Under the pieces are notes generated by a model. It saw nothing but the letters and a program-made list of their open reading frames with translations. It did not search any database and was not told the DNA's origin. Positions 24,886 through 37,931 of a stretch of DNA of 64,000 nt are shown in pieces. Both the position numbers and the translations under genes were made by a program. The stretch is from contig JAGIQG010000028.1 of assembly GCA_024679065.1 (NCBI GenBank), positions 10,230,001 through 10,294,000 of the forward strand, in the 5' to 3' direction. The stretch comes from Sphyrna mokarran (Eukaryota). The stretch's first letter is position 1, and every line of letters begins with the position of its first letter.

Positions 24886-26477
24886 CTACAGTCTTCTATA
24901 TTGACTTTTGGTAATTAAAAGAAATTTACTTTGTTTTAGCAGGGGAATATTTTCACTGAAAAGGTGCATTATTTTAAAGAGACAATATACAGAGTTACTG
25001 CATTTTTGCATACCAATTCCATTATAGGATCACATATGAATTTGATGCTGAATGTATAATCTAAAATATTCCACGTCAGTGAAACTAAAAGCGCTGTGCA
25101 ATGGAATAAATTGTGGGACACAAACTTGGATGTAAAATTGAGGAGATATTCTCACACTGCTTTTGATTCACACCAGCACTGTGCACCGCACTATTTACAA
25201 AATGACTGCATGAGAATAAAATTTAATTAGTATTCGTGCACTTGTGAGATGTTGAATGACAGCATAATATACATGTTTTAACCTAACCAGAGATTGTATG
25301 TAGCTTGCAATATAATTGTGGTCTGATTGTTACATTTTGATCTAATCAAGTACCAGTTCCATCCTAACACAAGCTGTACGGCTGCACTGTTGCTGACTCC
25401 TTGCACTGCTTTGGATCCACTGCTTAGTAGCAACCTGAAAGCAGACATTTGAGCAAAGCTCTGGCATGACTTCATGAATGAGGAATATTGCTGTGACTCC
25501 ACTCTTCCATCATAACTGCAGGATAGTGAATAGTGACTGAGACATTTTGATGAATGAAGTTACTCTGTGCAAATAGCTTCCTTCCTAACATTTAGAATTA
25601 TGAGTTACACAGTTGTTTTCAATTTTTTTTTGAATTCTGCATTTCACTAATTTGAATTGAACATTCTCCAAAACAAAGCCTGGTTTCTTAATATGCGTGA
25701 AGTAATTCACGCAAACATTTGCTGTTTCGTATTTTAAAATGCATTACACTTATCTACATTATCGACCTGCTGTTTCTTTGTCCACCTGTTTAATGATACA
25801 ATTCCTTTTTCATATTTTTGCCTTTTCTATATTTGTCACCTGAGTGCAAAGCTTGATGCCATCAGCAAAATATATTTTGTACAAGAATGCTTTCCTCCAC
25901 ACTATGATAAGTTGATCAGCAAAGGGTCCAGCATAGAAACCTCTGGATATAGGCATAGCAAATCTAATTCATTCTCACCACTGTACTTCAATCTTTTTTT
26001 ACTGGATGGATTTGGGATTGCATTTTAAGTTTACACAGGTTTGAAGCAAAAGGCCAACAAGTTCATTAAAGATGTGAATTAAATTAGATGAGAAAATTTG
26101 TATAATGTCACAGTGCTCAGTCTATTTCAAACTGGTACAATAAAGGTCTATTGTCACATCTTGTGTTTATTTGTGAGGATGCAAGAGAAAGTTGAGCAAT
26201 TAGTTATTTTGTCTTTGATAGCCTGCAATATAATAATCCTATTCTGTGTGACATGGATATTGCCTCATCATCACTTCTGAGATTGGACTACGGGAAGAAA
26301 GGGAAAAAAAAACATCAGTCAGGGACGTTGCATTTTTAATGGCTGGAGCTTGATTAAGAAATTTCTCTTAGCCACTCTTTTTTTTCTTTTAATGTTTCTA
26401 CCTTAATGCTGTTCAGTTACTGACTTGTACACCAATGGAAATAGTTTTTCCCAGTGTTCTTTGGTTACTAAGTCGTA

Positions 26478-26714
26478 TACCAATGGGAACAGATTTTCCC
26501 AATGAACTTTATCAAACTCACAATTTTGAACTCCTCTGTATGTGATCTCCTATTAGCCTCATTGTTTTAATCAAGGCAATGTAGTAATTCCATTCTGTTC
26601 TCATAAGTTGATGTGGAAGGGATTCCTTCTGTACAAACTCCAGAGCAAAGGCAGCTTTCTGAAAACAAGATGCCCAAAACTGGACACAATATTCTAAATG
26701 TGACCTCACCAGTG
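26478..26714 (-). mobile_element. Old CR1 fragment
   Basis: Minus-strand peptide VRSHLEYCVQFWAS matches VRPHLEYCVQFWSP in the CR1 ORF at 39.3-40.9 kb. Confidence 0.8.
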
Positions 26715-27334
26715 AAAAGAAACATTTACCAGATAGCTTTCATCCACTAGTTTCAAAGAATTCTGGAATGTTAGAAAGGCTCAACTTAATAGTTTTAAAC
26801 CCCTACTTGACAATTGCATATTGCGCTCTGTCATCTTCAGATGATTTTTAATAGTAAGATTATAATTTTCATGGTATGTTTTCCCATTTACAGCTATTGC
26901 GACAAACCTGTTCCAGGAATTTCTAGCTATGGAAATAGACTAAAGTATGCTTTTGAACACAACTAGGTGCAGGAAGGGAATTTGACTTCACAGCTATTGG
27001 GTTGATTGATTGATAACTTCCAGGTTTATAACTCAGTACCTATTATCATTGGAGAGAATATTTGCTATTCAAATTTTTGCTTCCTTGCTGAGCTACTGCG
27101 CCAGTTTTTCTGGAGCTCCCATCAGTGTTTATAGAACTTTCGCTTATTTGCTTGTGGCGTCTTGGGTGTAATCCTTCTGGCCCAGGTATTATGTGGACAT
27201 TTTAATGTTTTGATTTTCTACACCACATGTAGAAAACATACTTTACATGTTCCAGAACAAAACGTCTCGGTCTGGAATCTGGGTACATTGATGTGTTGGT
27301 TATGTAATTGGACCAGGTATTTCTAAGACCTGGA

Positions 27335-27470
27335 GTTATAATCCACAGAATGAGTAAAAACCATAATATGCATGGTTCACTAATATTCTTTCAAGAAAGA
27401 GAACTTGCCATTAGTACCTCATAAATATGGTTGACCTTTAATGCCCTTTGAAATGGCCTAGAAAGCCATT
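27335..27470 (+). mobile_element. Fragment of the same SINE family as 43428-43783
   Basis: TGGTTCACTAAT..CTTT..GAA..TGCC..TGGTTGAC..TTAA.GCCCTTTGAAATGG matches the reverse complement of 43495-43600. Confidence 0.55.
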
Positions 27471-27829
27471 TTATTATTTCAACTCGGGATGTCCAGCATA
27501 CCAAGAAAAAAGAACAGAAACTCCACCTTCTGATATCTGCAGCCACTCTCCAGAGTGCTATGTAGCTGACCAAATGTATTAGTAGGAAATTAGGGCCTAT
27601 TTGAGAATATTACAATCTTGATGCCCAAGTTATGTGAACAGAAATATAATATGTTGTACTGATATAAATGTTTGTTTTTGTGAGCGACCTGTGACTTATG
27701 CTACACACATTAAAATTGAAATTCAGATGGAAAAACAATCTCTCACTCTGTATAGCTATATTTACAAATGTAGTCATAGGGCTTAATTTTATCATCAAGT
27801 TGCAGCTGTTTATGGATGCAAAAACTTAG

Positions 27830-28550
27830 TATAGTTGGCGTGAGGCAAATAGCGTGATTGGACCTGCATCCTTGCCTGTTCCTCCTTTAACAATGGCCGA
27901 AAAAGACTGCTGTTAAATTGACTTAATGGACTGGATGCCCAAACTTACCGGCACTTCCCACATTACCAGTTTCAGCGCGAAAATGGTCTGCAAAGGTTTA
28001 ATTTGGGTGCTGCAGCTCCTGAGGAGGTAAGTTCAGAGCTTCCAGTGGCTCTCTAATTCAGATTGATGGTGGCAGGAGGGGGGCGGGAAAGGCGGGTCGG
28101 ATGGCTCTTCGGTGGTTTAAAGGGGGGTAAGGTGGATCAAATGGTTTCCTGGTGGGGGAGGGTGGTAAGGCAGGTCAGATGGCTCTCTGTTGGTGAGGGC
28201 AAGGGGGGTTCCGCTGCCATTCTGTGTGTGATTGATCTGGGTGGTCGGGAGGTCGGAGATAAGGGAGTAAATTATATTGTGGGAGTGAGGCATTGTCCAT
28301 GGAGGCTGGGGAGGCATTATCTGGCTTGGGCGCAATGTGGCAGGGGACCGTTTTTCTATTTTTCTTTACTATGCACGCGCTGTTAGAGGCACTGATCGGA
28401 GCAGCAGTATTTCGGGCGCAATAAGTCCCACCCACAGGTTTCAGAATCACTGATATTTTTTAAAGCAGAGTGCGCAATTTGGAATCACTGATATTTTTCA
28501 GGCACAGTGCGCATGGGATGCCTGAGAATAGGTCTAAAAGTTGGATTTGA
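27830..28550. mobile_element. GC-rich non-autonomous element with a ~36-bp tandem duplication
   Basis: CpG-rich block with G-rich core; GAATCACTGATATTTTT..GCA.AGTGCGCA occurs twice at about 28445-28513. Confidence 0.5.
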
Positions 28551-29972
28551 AACACTTTTAGCACTTAGAATTAAAAAGGTAAAATAGGGGCATTGCCTCT
28601 TTCAAAGAATGCACTTTACTTATACCTGCTATTTTTCTAGTTATCATAATAAAATTTTCACTTCTGTCGACTTCACCTGTCTCTTGGAAATGAAAGAAAC
28701 ATAGTGAGTTCATGTTAAGTTTTGAAATTCTCTTTCCTGCTTGATGAAAGTTGATTGAAAGTCCAAATAACAACACCTACACAACAAAAGATACAAAAGT
28801 AAGAGTGAGATAGAACTTTTTCTTTTATATCTGATTTACATTTCCAACGTTTTCTAGGGTAGCCCATCCAAATCTTGACCATCCAGGCAGATGACAATCC
28901 TGAATGCCTGCTTTCCATTCATACTCGAGAGGATTGTAGTGTTCAATTCTTGGCGTTCTTTGGCTGCTCATAGCTTTGAAAGCACACGTGTTCAGAATGT
29001 AAATGTTGTATTTATTCCTCTTTAAAGAAAAACTCTCAGTTCCTCTGCCTATGCAAACCATTTCTTTATGTTCTGCAATTCTTCAACATGCAGTCACCTT
29101 CCAAATCTATGCCTATTTTTTCAGGATCATTGCAGTCAGGTTTCTGTTCCTGCCATGTATAACCCCTGCAACAGCCATAATCAAAATCAGAAATTACATT
29201 AATGCGACTGGGATGTATTTCCTCCTCAACTTTTTGACCACTATCCTCTCCAACTGTTTAGCCAACATGAACCAGCCTGTGGTTTGGTATTAGCTTATCT
29301 GGAACCAACAGGGAATAAACAAAGCAAATGGTAGTTTTTCCTTCAACATTTCATGCATGGCTCAAGCTAACTGGTCAATCGACAACAGTGTTTCAAAATA
29401 TGATGAATCTACTTAGCTCAGTTACTGGACCATGCAATCTGCTACAAAGCATTGAATTGGTTTTGACCTTTTACAAGAAGGGTGGTAGATTTAAAGCTTT
29501 CAAGTTCTATTTAAAATTGCCCTGTTGATATTTTTGCCTCCCTACCCACTAAAAGGTTGAACTATTTTCTATACGTTTATGATGCAATAAGATTGGTGTT
29601 CAACAAATACAATATATGTCGGTTACATCATGTTGGTAATGCCAAATGAGGGTTTGATTTATCCTGTAAACTTATTTCTAGTTTGCCACATCAGTTGTCT
29701 AGATTATACCTTCATAATCTGACATAACAAGAAACCCACAGAGATAGGATTCATCCCTGTCCTCATATAGGCTGTCAACCCTATTCCACCTTCTCTGCTT
29801 GCCAAATCACGTCTCCCATTTTGCTGTTGCTCCATGTAATGCGTTTGTTTGTCAAGCACTTAATTGTTGTGCACTTTTCAGCATTATTCTGAATATACAG
29901 TTTACATTCTTTCCTACCCATGAGTATAACTAATATGCAATTGTATAACTCTTAATACTGTTGGATGTTTGT

Positions 29973-30360
29973 TTGGAACTATGAAACAAAAACAGAAAAT
30001 GCTAGAAACACATAGCAACATCTGGAGAGAGAAAAAGGAAGGTTGTATTTACAATGAAAGTAAGTGAGACAAATGAAAACTATTGCAGAGAGAGGAACAG
30101 AACTCCTGGCATTTTTTGGAAGAGAAGTGCCACTAGATAAAAGAAAACAAAAGAAAATGCCGTATACTAGAAATGCACAGCAACTCAATCAGAGACAAAC
30201 TAACAAATCAGTCAGTAACAATTGCTTAATATAGTATGTTCTAATGAAATATCATCGACGTGAAGGATTTCTCTCCACAAATGCTGCCTGACCTGCTGAG
30301 TCTTTTAAGCATTTTTTTTGTTTTTAGTTCTGATTTCCAGCAGCTAAGAACTTTGATTTT
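29973..30360. mobile_element. Element bounded by inverted Penelope-like terminal repeats
   Basis: Left AAAAACAGAAAATGCTAGAAACACATAGCA..GAGAGAAA vs right TTTCTCTCC..TGCTGAGTCTTTTAAGCATTTTTTTTGTTTTT, with a purine-rich spacer. Confidence 0.6.
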
Positions 30361-31269
30361 GTATTAATGACTTTCCTTTGTTTGAGGGCAAATGCTTAGC
30401 AAAAGCACCAAGAAACCAAAGGATTTCTTTAACACTATCAGGGAACTGGGTGCCATATTACCTTCTATTTCTGTGAAGCAAGTTCATATATGTTCAGACA
30501 GATTGCATGAGGGTACAGTCATAGGGTGGATACAGTTTTAATAAGAGAAAAACACTGCATTTAGGGTAGGTGTTCCCAGGTCAGCTGAACAATATCCTTT
30601 CAAATGTTTTCATCACATAATATCTTTGTAACCACGTGCATTTTGAATTTCTTTTGGAGAATAATGAACAGAATAAGGCCTATTTAAAGTGCTCAGCCAT
30701 ATTTTGACAGACACAAGGAAGGTTTGTACTCAGCTTTGTGGAAGAAAAATCTGAGAATGCATGGAGGTGACTGGAAGAAGGCTGACAATATTTTGCCTGA
30801 TTCATTCTTCTTCTCACATTTTTGCTCTTCTGCCAACCAACCAACCCAGCTGCTGTTTTCAGTTTTTGGCACTAGAATTTGGTCTGCTCCATTGAATATC
30901 CAGGGGAAATCTGCCACAAGATATGACAACACCAGGCTCGTGAAAAGCCCCTGTTAGTTATAGTATTAGCATTTACTATTACGATAATAGAGCCTTTTCA
31001 CTTATTGTTTGGAACTGACATAGAAGCAACATTCCTTTCTTTACCTTGATAGGGAAAATGAGCATAAAATTCTGATACTAAAAGTAGCAACCGTAGTGTA
31101 AGATAGTGGCAGAGGACAAAGTATAGTCAATGCAAGATGGATCATGGGACAATATTGAAGCCCAAGAGCCAAAGGAATACAATTGCTTGATTCAGACAAA
31201 ACGTGGGAAGATCAGTAGGTTTCTCTTCCAAACCATCACCACTATCCTATTCAAAAATAAATGTTCTCA

Positions 31270-31620
31270 TTAACTTTGTTCTCTCAATAACATCTCCTAT
31301 CTTCAATATTCCCTCATTTACAAAGACCTGTTGCTTCACAACTATGTAGCCGTCTCCAGCCTTCACTCTATTTCAAGATCTTTCATTTACACCCGCAGAC
31401 TGATACAGTTCTAAAACCATTCTGGCTGAAGATAGTATCAGTATCCTGTATTATTGCAACCATTACCTCTCATCAATCTCCCCAGCCTTTCTATCACCTT
31501 CCACACTGTCAACTACTCCATTATATCTTTTCCATTGTCCATTTGGTAACATTATTCTCTTTCTCATGGTTGCACTTCTACCTTTCACGTTGTGACTAAA
31601 TTGTCTATAATGGTATCTCT
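31270..31620 (+). mobile_element. Highly decayed L2-like RT fragment
   Basis: Pyrimidine-rich stretch with remnants such as CCTTCCACACTGTCAACTAC (AFDTV.H-like) and CTCATGGTT (SW). Confidence 0.35.
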
Positions 31621-32029
31621 GATGCTTTCTCATTCACTTCTAATGACTCCAACCTTGGTGACTTTTGCTTTTGCTCTTAATCTGTCTGATCATTCACTGC
31701 AATAATATTTTTGCTGTCTGCTCTTCTGAGGTGGGTTCTTCTACCTTAGATTCTAAGTATGGGACTGACTATGGGTTATAAACTCTGGTATTTACTTACC
31801 ACTTGTTTATTAGTACTACATCTAAACAGTAGCTTCTGCATCCAATACCTCTGGCCTTACTTCATGAAGAACTAAGAGATTCATAATTTCCTTCTCTGCC
31901 CTTGGTGTTGTGGATGGTATCTTTGTGAAAGAAAGGAACTTACCACTGAATGTCTAAACTTCTTTGGCATCTGAAGGCCAAATTTTCATTGTGTTTAAGT
32001 ATTGAAAATTATTGCATGCGAGACAATGT

Positions 32030-32275
32030 ATGAAATTCTTCCATGCCCTCACATATAAGAGGGGTGGAATTTGACAGCATCCAAAAATCCATTTTATGCC
32101 GGCATGAATTTCATGCAAGATCTTGCCCTGATGTCCACTATGGCAGATTGGGAAACCCATTGGAAGCCGGCCATAACTGATTTTCATCCTGCTAATGGGA
32201 TGCAGATGAAACCCCAGGTGGAATTTAATCCCTGTTGAGGAGCAAGGGCCAAACGTTGTTGCATATGCAAACAGC
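32030..32275. mobile_element. Degraded MITE-like GC-richer repeat
   Basis: Motifs AAAATCCATTTTATGCCGGCATGAA and GATTTTCATCC resemble the other MITE-like copies. Confidence 0.3.
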
Positions 32276-32955
32276 TGCACCTTACAGCACAGTGTTTCTG
32301 AATGTAAAGAAGCTGTTGAAATAACTTAATATTTTGAGAAACAATGTTCAATGTAATTACTTGCTTGTTGAAATTATTAGCAGTTTATTCCAGGAAAATA
32401 CAAGAACCCTTTTGAATGATGTTGCAATATTGTAATTTAACTTCTATACAGATACTTGGAAAATTATCAAGATTTTCCATTATCATTGAAGGGAATAAAA
32501 TGTGATGTCACATGTGTTCACTCTCCCAAGGTTTATGAGTTTTTATTGCATCAAGAAGTATTTACTTAGATCCATCTAGCAGCTGTCTCAGAAGTAGTGG
32601 GATGAGATATATTTTAGCAAGAGTGGGAACTTCAACTTGAAAAAATGTTTTTTTAAAAATCCTCACTTTTGATAGTATGAAAAGAACAGCTGTGTCAGTG
32701 ACTATGTAGGCAAGATGTTGAGGCTAGATGATAATATGACAGAGAATTGAGGATAAATCAGTGTGTAAATAATGAATATCATTGCTATTTGAGTGTATGT
32801 CCAAAATGACAAAAAAATTATTTTTATTTTGTTTAGATTAAAAATGGTGGTTTTGTCTGAGGCTGACACAATGGATTGTACATCTTGGCAAGAAGCCTTT
32901 TATGGACTGATTGTGAAAGGACCCAATTAACAGTGTAATACTTAACACTGTTAAA

Positions 32956-33239
32956 TTAAAGTTTATTTATTAGTCATACATAGTCTTACATTAACACTGC
33001 TATGAAGTTATTGTGAAAATCCCCCAGTCATCACACTCTAGTGCTGATTGGGCTACACTGAGGGAGGATTTACCATGGCCAGTACACCTAACCATGTCTG
33101 TAGGACTGTGAGAGGAAACCCACACAGACATGGGGTGAACATGCAGACCCCACACATACAATGACCCAAGCTGGGAACCGAACCCGGGTCCCTGGCACAC
33201 TGTGAGGCAGCAATGCTAATCAATGTGCCACCATGCCAC
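32956..33239 (-). mobile_element. V-SINE with alternative tail
   Basis: Reverse complement of the 20155-20447 type: GTTTATTTATT..GAAGTTATTGTGAAAATCCCC..GGGAACCGAACCCGGGTCCCTGG. Confidence 0.9.
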
Positions 33240-33589
33240 TCATGAAGTGTACATAGGGTGTGATCAAACATACTTTATACCATGTCCCTTGCTGTTTTTG
33301 GTGAAGTTTCTCCAAAAGAAACTGAAGATGAATATTGGCTTCAGTTGAGTCAGAGTTTGTGCTTTTTAGGCATTCATAATAAAACTACTTAATAATAGCG
33401 TCTCAAAAATTATCAACAGCCACAACATTTTGAATGTGAAACCACTTACTGTTTCCTGCCATTTGTCAATTCCAATCTAAAACCTGAACCAAATGCTGAA
33501 AATATGGAGATAGTAGAGATATGTGTTAATAAAGGCAGATTATGTGCAGTTCTGCACTGGTGCTGAAGCTAAAAGATCCTGACACCATA

Positions 33590-33800
33590 TTGTAAAAGAA
33601 CAGGGGAGTTAGCCCCTGTATGTGACAAATCTTAATCTCCAATAAAATGGCCAAAAAAAAGTGAACACATTATTGTTTGTGGGAGTTTTGTGTGTACAGA
33701 TTGGCTGCTCTGTATCTTAAGTTAGTTGATGACACTTCAGGAAAGTATCACGTTGTCAGGTTCTCTGCGATGACCGGTGGTTGTGAAAGGCTATACAATC
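33590..33800 (+). mobile_element. DeuSINE-like fragment (Deu domain and tail)
   Basis: CAGGGGAGTT..ATTATTGTTTGTGGGAG..GTGTGTACAGATTGGCTGC..GGTTGTGAAAGG; homologous to the reverse complement of 23800-23950. Confidence 0.6.
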
Positions 33801-34639
33801 ATTTTTGCAAAATAGCTAGCAATGGTTGTGGCGGAGGTAATTTAAGGTGATGAATTAGGAATGTCAAGATTTTTTTTGTATACAGTTTTCTTTTCTTTTA
33901 ATCTATTAAAACCAACATGGTAATTACACCTGATGACAACTGAACTATTAACTAATAAGCAATGTTTTATAATTGATTCAAATATTCTGATTTAAAAGAC
34001 ATCGCTATTCTCTTTCTTGTTGGTTGAGAAAATGAATGACATCACTAGAGTGGGATTTGAACCCACAATCTTCTGACTTAACATGCTACCAAAACGGCCA
34101 TCCATGGCTTTAATTAAGAACTATGCTACGATTCAAAACACAAGCTTTATCGTGGTCCATATTGAAACATCCAAAATATATTTTCATTTTTTGATTTATA
34201 ACCTTGCAAAAAGTATTTGCGGCCTGCATTGGAGAATTCCATGAGCAACTTGTGGTGGCATAGCTACGATCTCGTACCTACACTCCCCCTATAATTTCCT
34301 CTGCTCTCTCATACAGCCTTATTTCTATCTGGGTGCTTATTAGTTATGTTATTTCTTCTTACTCAACAGAAAATTATTTTTATGTTGTTAGTTAGCCTTT
34401 ATTAAGAATTCCATCATGCATCAAAAATGCCCAAGTTAGTAAAAATCCAGTGGTTCTTCACTATACTAGCCGCTGTGTCTGAAAGCTGCTTTCTGTTTTG
34501 GCAACTAGAATTTAATGGAGTATTCAAGCTATGATCTGACCAGAATTGACTTGTATTCTGCAGTTTTTGGTTATGTAGTTCAACATTCTGCTAGCTTGGA
34601 AATTCAGCAGTTCAGCATTGCACACTACTCTTAAAGCAG

Positions 34640-35690
34640 ATTCATTTAGTTTCATGTTACAGATGTTCCGAATTTGCCATACCTGGAGTGGATTGCACCG
34701 ATCCCAGAAAATAGTGTGCGGACCTAAATTCAGTTCTGCGCCTGACACCAAACGGCTTGTAATCATTCTGGCCCCTTTCTACTGGCGCATACTGGGCTGA
34801 GGCGGATTAGTATGAGATGATGACTGTATTTCAGTCTTATTGGCGAGTTTGGCACATGATCATCCCCCCCGCCCCGAATGTTCCCATCTGTCCGGTAGGA
34901 CATCACACAAGCATGAACAGTACTGATCTCCACTAGAAGAGACCAGATGCAGTGACCATGCTGGGAGGCTCGGAAGCCATTGAAGACCTGGGGTAGTCAG
35001 GGGTATGACCCCATTACCTATGATGCTCTCTGGATATGCTGGCAGTACCAGTATGCACTGCCAGGTGCCAGGGGCAGGACAAACGGTTGGGGCTATGCAG
35101 AGGAAGCTATGCAAGGAGGGTGATGTAGGGATGAATATGAAGGGGGTCCTGATGAGGGGGCATATCAGGGAGTGTCATATGGGGGGACCTATCGGGTGGT
35201 AACTCATCTCGGGGAGGTCACGAAGAGGTGGGAGGGGCGCTATCCTGACATCCATGGGGAGGAGAAGTGGGTCTCCAGTGCACTGTGAGATCAGGGTGCC
35301 TTCGCACAATGGTGCCTCATTGGCACATTTAAGCTCCAAACCCCTCACTACTATATGCAACTTGCCAGCCTCCAAAAAAAGTGACTGTTTAGGGGAGGAA
35401 TGTGCTTCGGAGCGCACCTTACAGACTAGCGTGGAGTGTTCTGACATTCTTGTCATTATGACACTTAGTTTTTGGTGGGAAATTCCATCTGGTATTCGTG
35501 TCTACTTCTACAAGCAGTTCTTTGAATCTATTGGTGGAATTTTGCAGCCTCTTTCATTGGCAGAATTTTCTGATTCTGTTGAATGGCTCACCGCATTTTC
35601 CTGCCCTACTCACCCCCCCACCTTTCCTGTCCTACTCACCCCCACTTTCCTGCTGCAATGGCACTATAAAATCTGCCGTATATTGCAATG
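34640..35690. mobile_element. GC-rich non-autonomous DNA-transposon-like element(s)
   Basis: GC/CpG-rich block with a G-rich core, similar in architecture to the elements at 21.0, 24.0 and 27.8 kb. Confidence 0.45.
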
Positions 35691-36339
35691 AATGTGGAAT
35701 CCCAAACAAGAACAGCCAGTCCAGTAATTGCAGCATAACTTTCATTAAAAGCTCTCTGCCATATTACTGATGTATTCAACATGATAGAAAAATAAACTAC
35801 TGTACCTTCCCTCAGCTTTGTTATCCACCTGTTCTATTTTGAATTCTGTAATGCTGCTACAATCATTTGTTCAACTATTATTGTACCCATGTATGCTCAT
35901 GCAAATATTTGAAGCATACATCTTCAGTGTGTAAACTGATCTAAGGTTGTGACAGATAGAAAATTAAAGATAAAAACAGTTTGAAAAGACTGTTTTTTCC
36001 AGACATATTGACTATGTCTTTTCACTCAGTCGTGTATGGATTGGAATTACATTAAATGTGCAGATCAAAAGTGTGTCCATTATCATAAATTGAAAAGCCT
36101 ATCTTTGGGTTTCTGATAACTATTAAGAATTCTGGAGCCATGGCTTTTGCATGCTATGTGGCACGTTCAGCAATGAATGAGGCACAACCTCAGATTAAAA
36201 AAAATTATGAGCCAAAGTTCATTTGCAATGTAGGTATTAAGGACAAATAGTACAGTGCTTTATTGTGTCATCTGTGAACTTAATATTATTTTCATCTATG
36301 TAGGACACTGTGATTAAATTAGCATAATATCCTGAAACT

Positions 36340-36682
36340 TAGAACATAGAACATTACAGCGCAGAACAGGCCCTTCGGCCTTCGATGTTGCGCCGACCAA
36401 TTAGGAAAAAGCAATGACCCTCTAGCCTAAACCATTCCCTTTTCGTCCATAAACTTATCTACTAACCACCAAACTTGGCGCATCTACAACTGCAGCAGGC
36501 AGGGCATTCCATAGCCTTACCACCCTCTGTGTAAAGAACCTACCTCTGACATCCGTCCTATAACTACCACCCCTTAATTTAAAGCTATGTCCCCTCATGC
36601 TAGCTTTCTCCGTCCTAGGAAAAAGGCTATCACTGTCCACTCTATCGAAACCTGTAATCATCTTATGTGTTTCAATAAGGTC
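36340..36682 (-). mobile_element. Young CR1 (HER1-like) 3' fragment
   Basis: Peptide DRVDSDSLFPR.EKAS.RGHSFKLRG..YRTDVRGRFFTQRVVRLWNALPAAVVDAPSL; (TAGAACA)n reverse-complement tail; short internal deletion near 36465. Confidence 0.93.
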
Positions 36683-37206
36683 TATTTTATGCCTACCTTT
36701 TTCTTAAGTTCTCACAAAGTATATTCAACTGTATTTTATATAGCCATTGTACAACCAAGTGTTCTTCCACATAATCTGTGAAGCCATTGTATATGTTAAT
36801 TTCATAGTGTTTGTTGAGGGAGTTTATTGATTCATTTAAGTAACTTTTTGTAATTAGTCTTAAGCTGAGAGGAATGTGGCTCAGAGTTTTAAGGCATTTT
36901 GTTTGGTTGTGGTTTCTGGGGCTGCAGGGGAGGAAGAAGGGCCTGCATACTAGTGATCATATTGATTGAGATCTTCATCCTTGAGCACCTAAAGGACTTT
37001 ATATGTCTTTGATACAAAATGTGAATGAAATAACATATTCTTGCAGCTGTGCATAGTTTGTTGGCCATAGCATGAACATTCTTTTATGATTAAGATACTT
37101 AGATTATCTGTATTTAAGTTGAGAGCAATATGTCACATAATTTCACTTGATTTATTAATTTTGAAAAAAAAGAAAATTGATCAGATCTGAAACTTCTTTC
37201 TAAATT

Positions 37207-37520
37207 CGGCGCAGTGGCACAATGTTTAGCTCTTCTGCCTCACAGCATCAGGGACCTTGGGTGACTAACAGTGTGGTATTTGCATGTTCTCCCTGTGCCT
37301 GTGTATGTTTCCTCCCACACTCCAAAGTGCAGGTTAGGTGGATTGGCCATGCTAAATTGCTTCTTAGTGTCCAAAGATGTGTAAGGTATGTGGAGTACCC
37401 AAGTTAAAATGTGAGGTTGCGCAGATAGGGCGAAGGGGAAGTCCTTAATGGAATACTCTTCGGACAGAGTGCAGACTCAGTGGGCTGAATAGCTTCTCTC
37501 CGCACAATGAAAATTCTATA
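37207..37520 (+). mobile_element. HE1 SINE
   Basis: GGCGCAGTGGCACAATG head, GTTAGGTGGATTGGCCATGCTAAATTG core and GGGCTGAATAGC..ATTCTATA tail. Confidence 0.85.
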
Positions 37521-37887
37521 GTTCCAAGGTTCCAACTCATTTTGAAAATTGACATTTTAGATTTGCCTCATCCGGGAGAAATTTAAATAGACTTTACTCT
37601 TTATGCCAAATTAAAACCATCTTGTAATGCATTATACTTTAGACTGCAGTCATTTTGCTTGATGGGGTGAAAAAATTCCCCTGATCTTCTATGATACAAC
37701 ACCTAATCCTCAATATCAATAACTTGCTGCAAAGTGTTAAGTAAGATAATAGATATAAATACACAGGTGTTGCTTTTCTATATTCATGCCAATGGCACAA
37801 GCCAAAATACATTGGTAGATTCAGTTGAAACTGTTGCTGAGCTCCTGTAAGTAATCTTGCAGATAGAATGGATTAACCCTCTTCACT

Positions 37888-37931
37888 GTCTGAGCTAACT
37901 CTATTTTCAGTCTGAGCTAACTCTATTTTCA
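37888..37931. repeat. Perfect 22-bp tandem duplication
   Basis: GTCTGAGCTAACTCTATTTTCA occurs twice in tandem. Confidence 0.95.

Noticed and set aside
27214-27236. Small hairpin TTTTCTACA-CCACA-TGTAGAAAA (similar one near 32927-32954)
   Set aside because: AT-rich arms of 9-10 bp are expected by chance in 64 kb.
30693-30957. Overlapping ORFs on both strands as an exon
   Set aside because: No convincing splice-site pair and no recognisable protein similarity.
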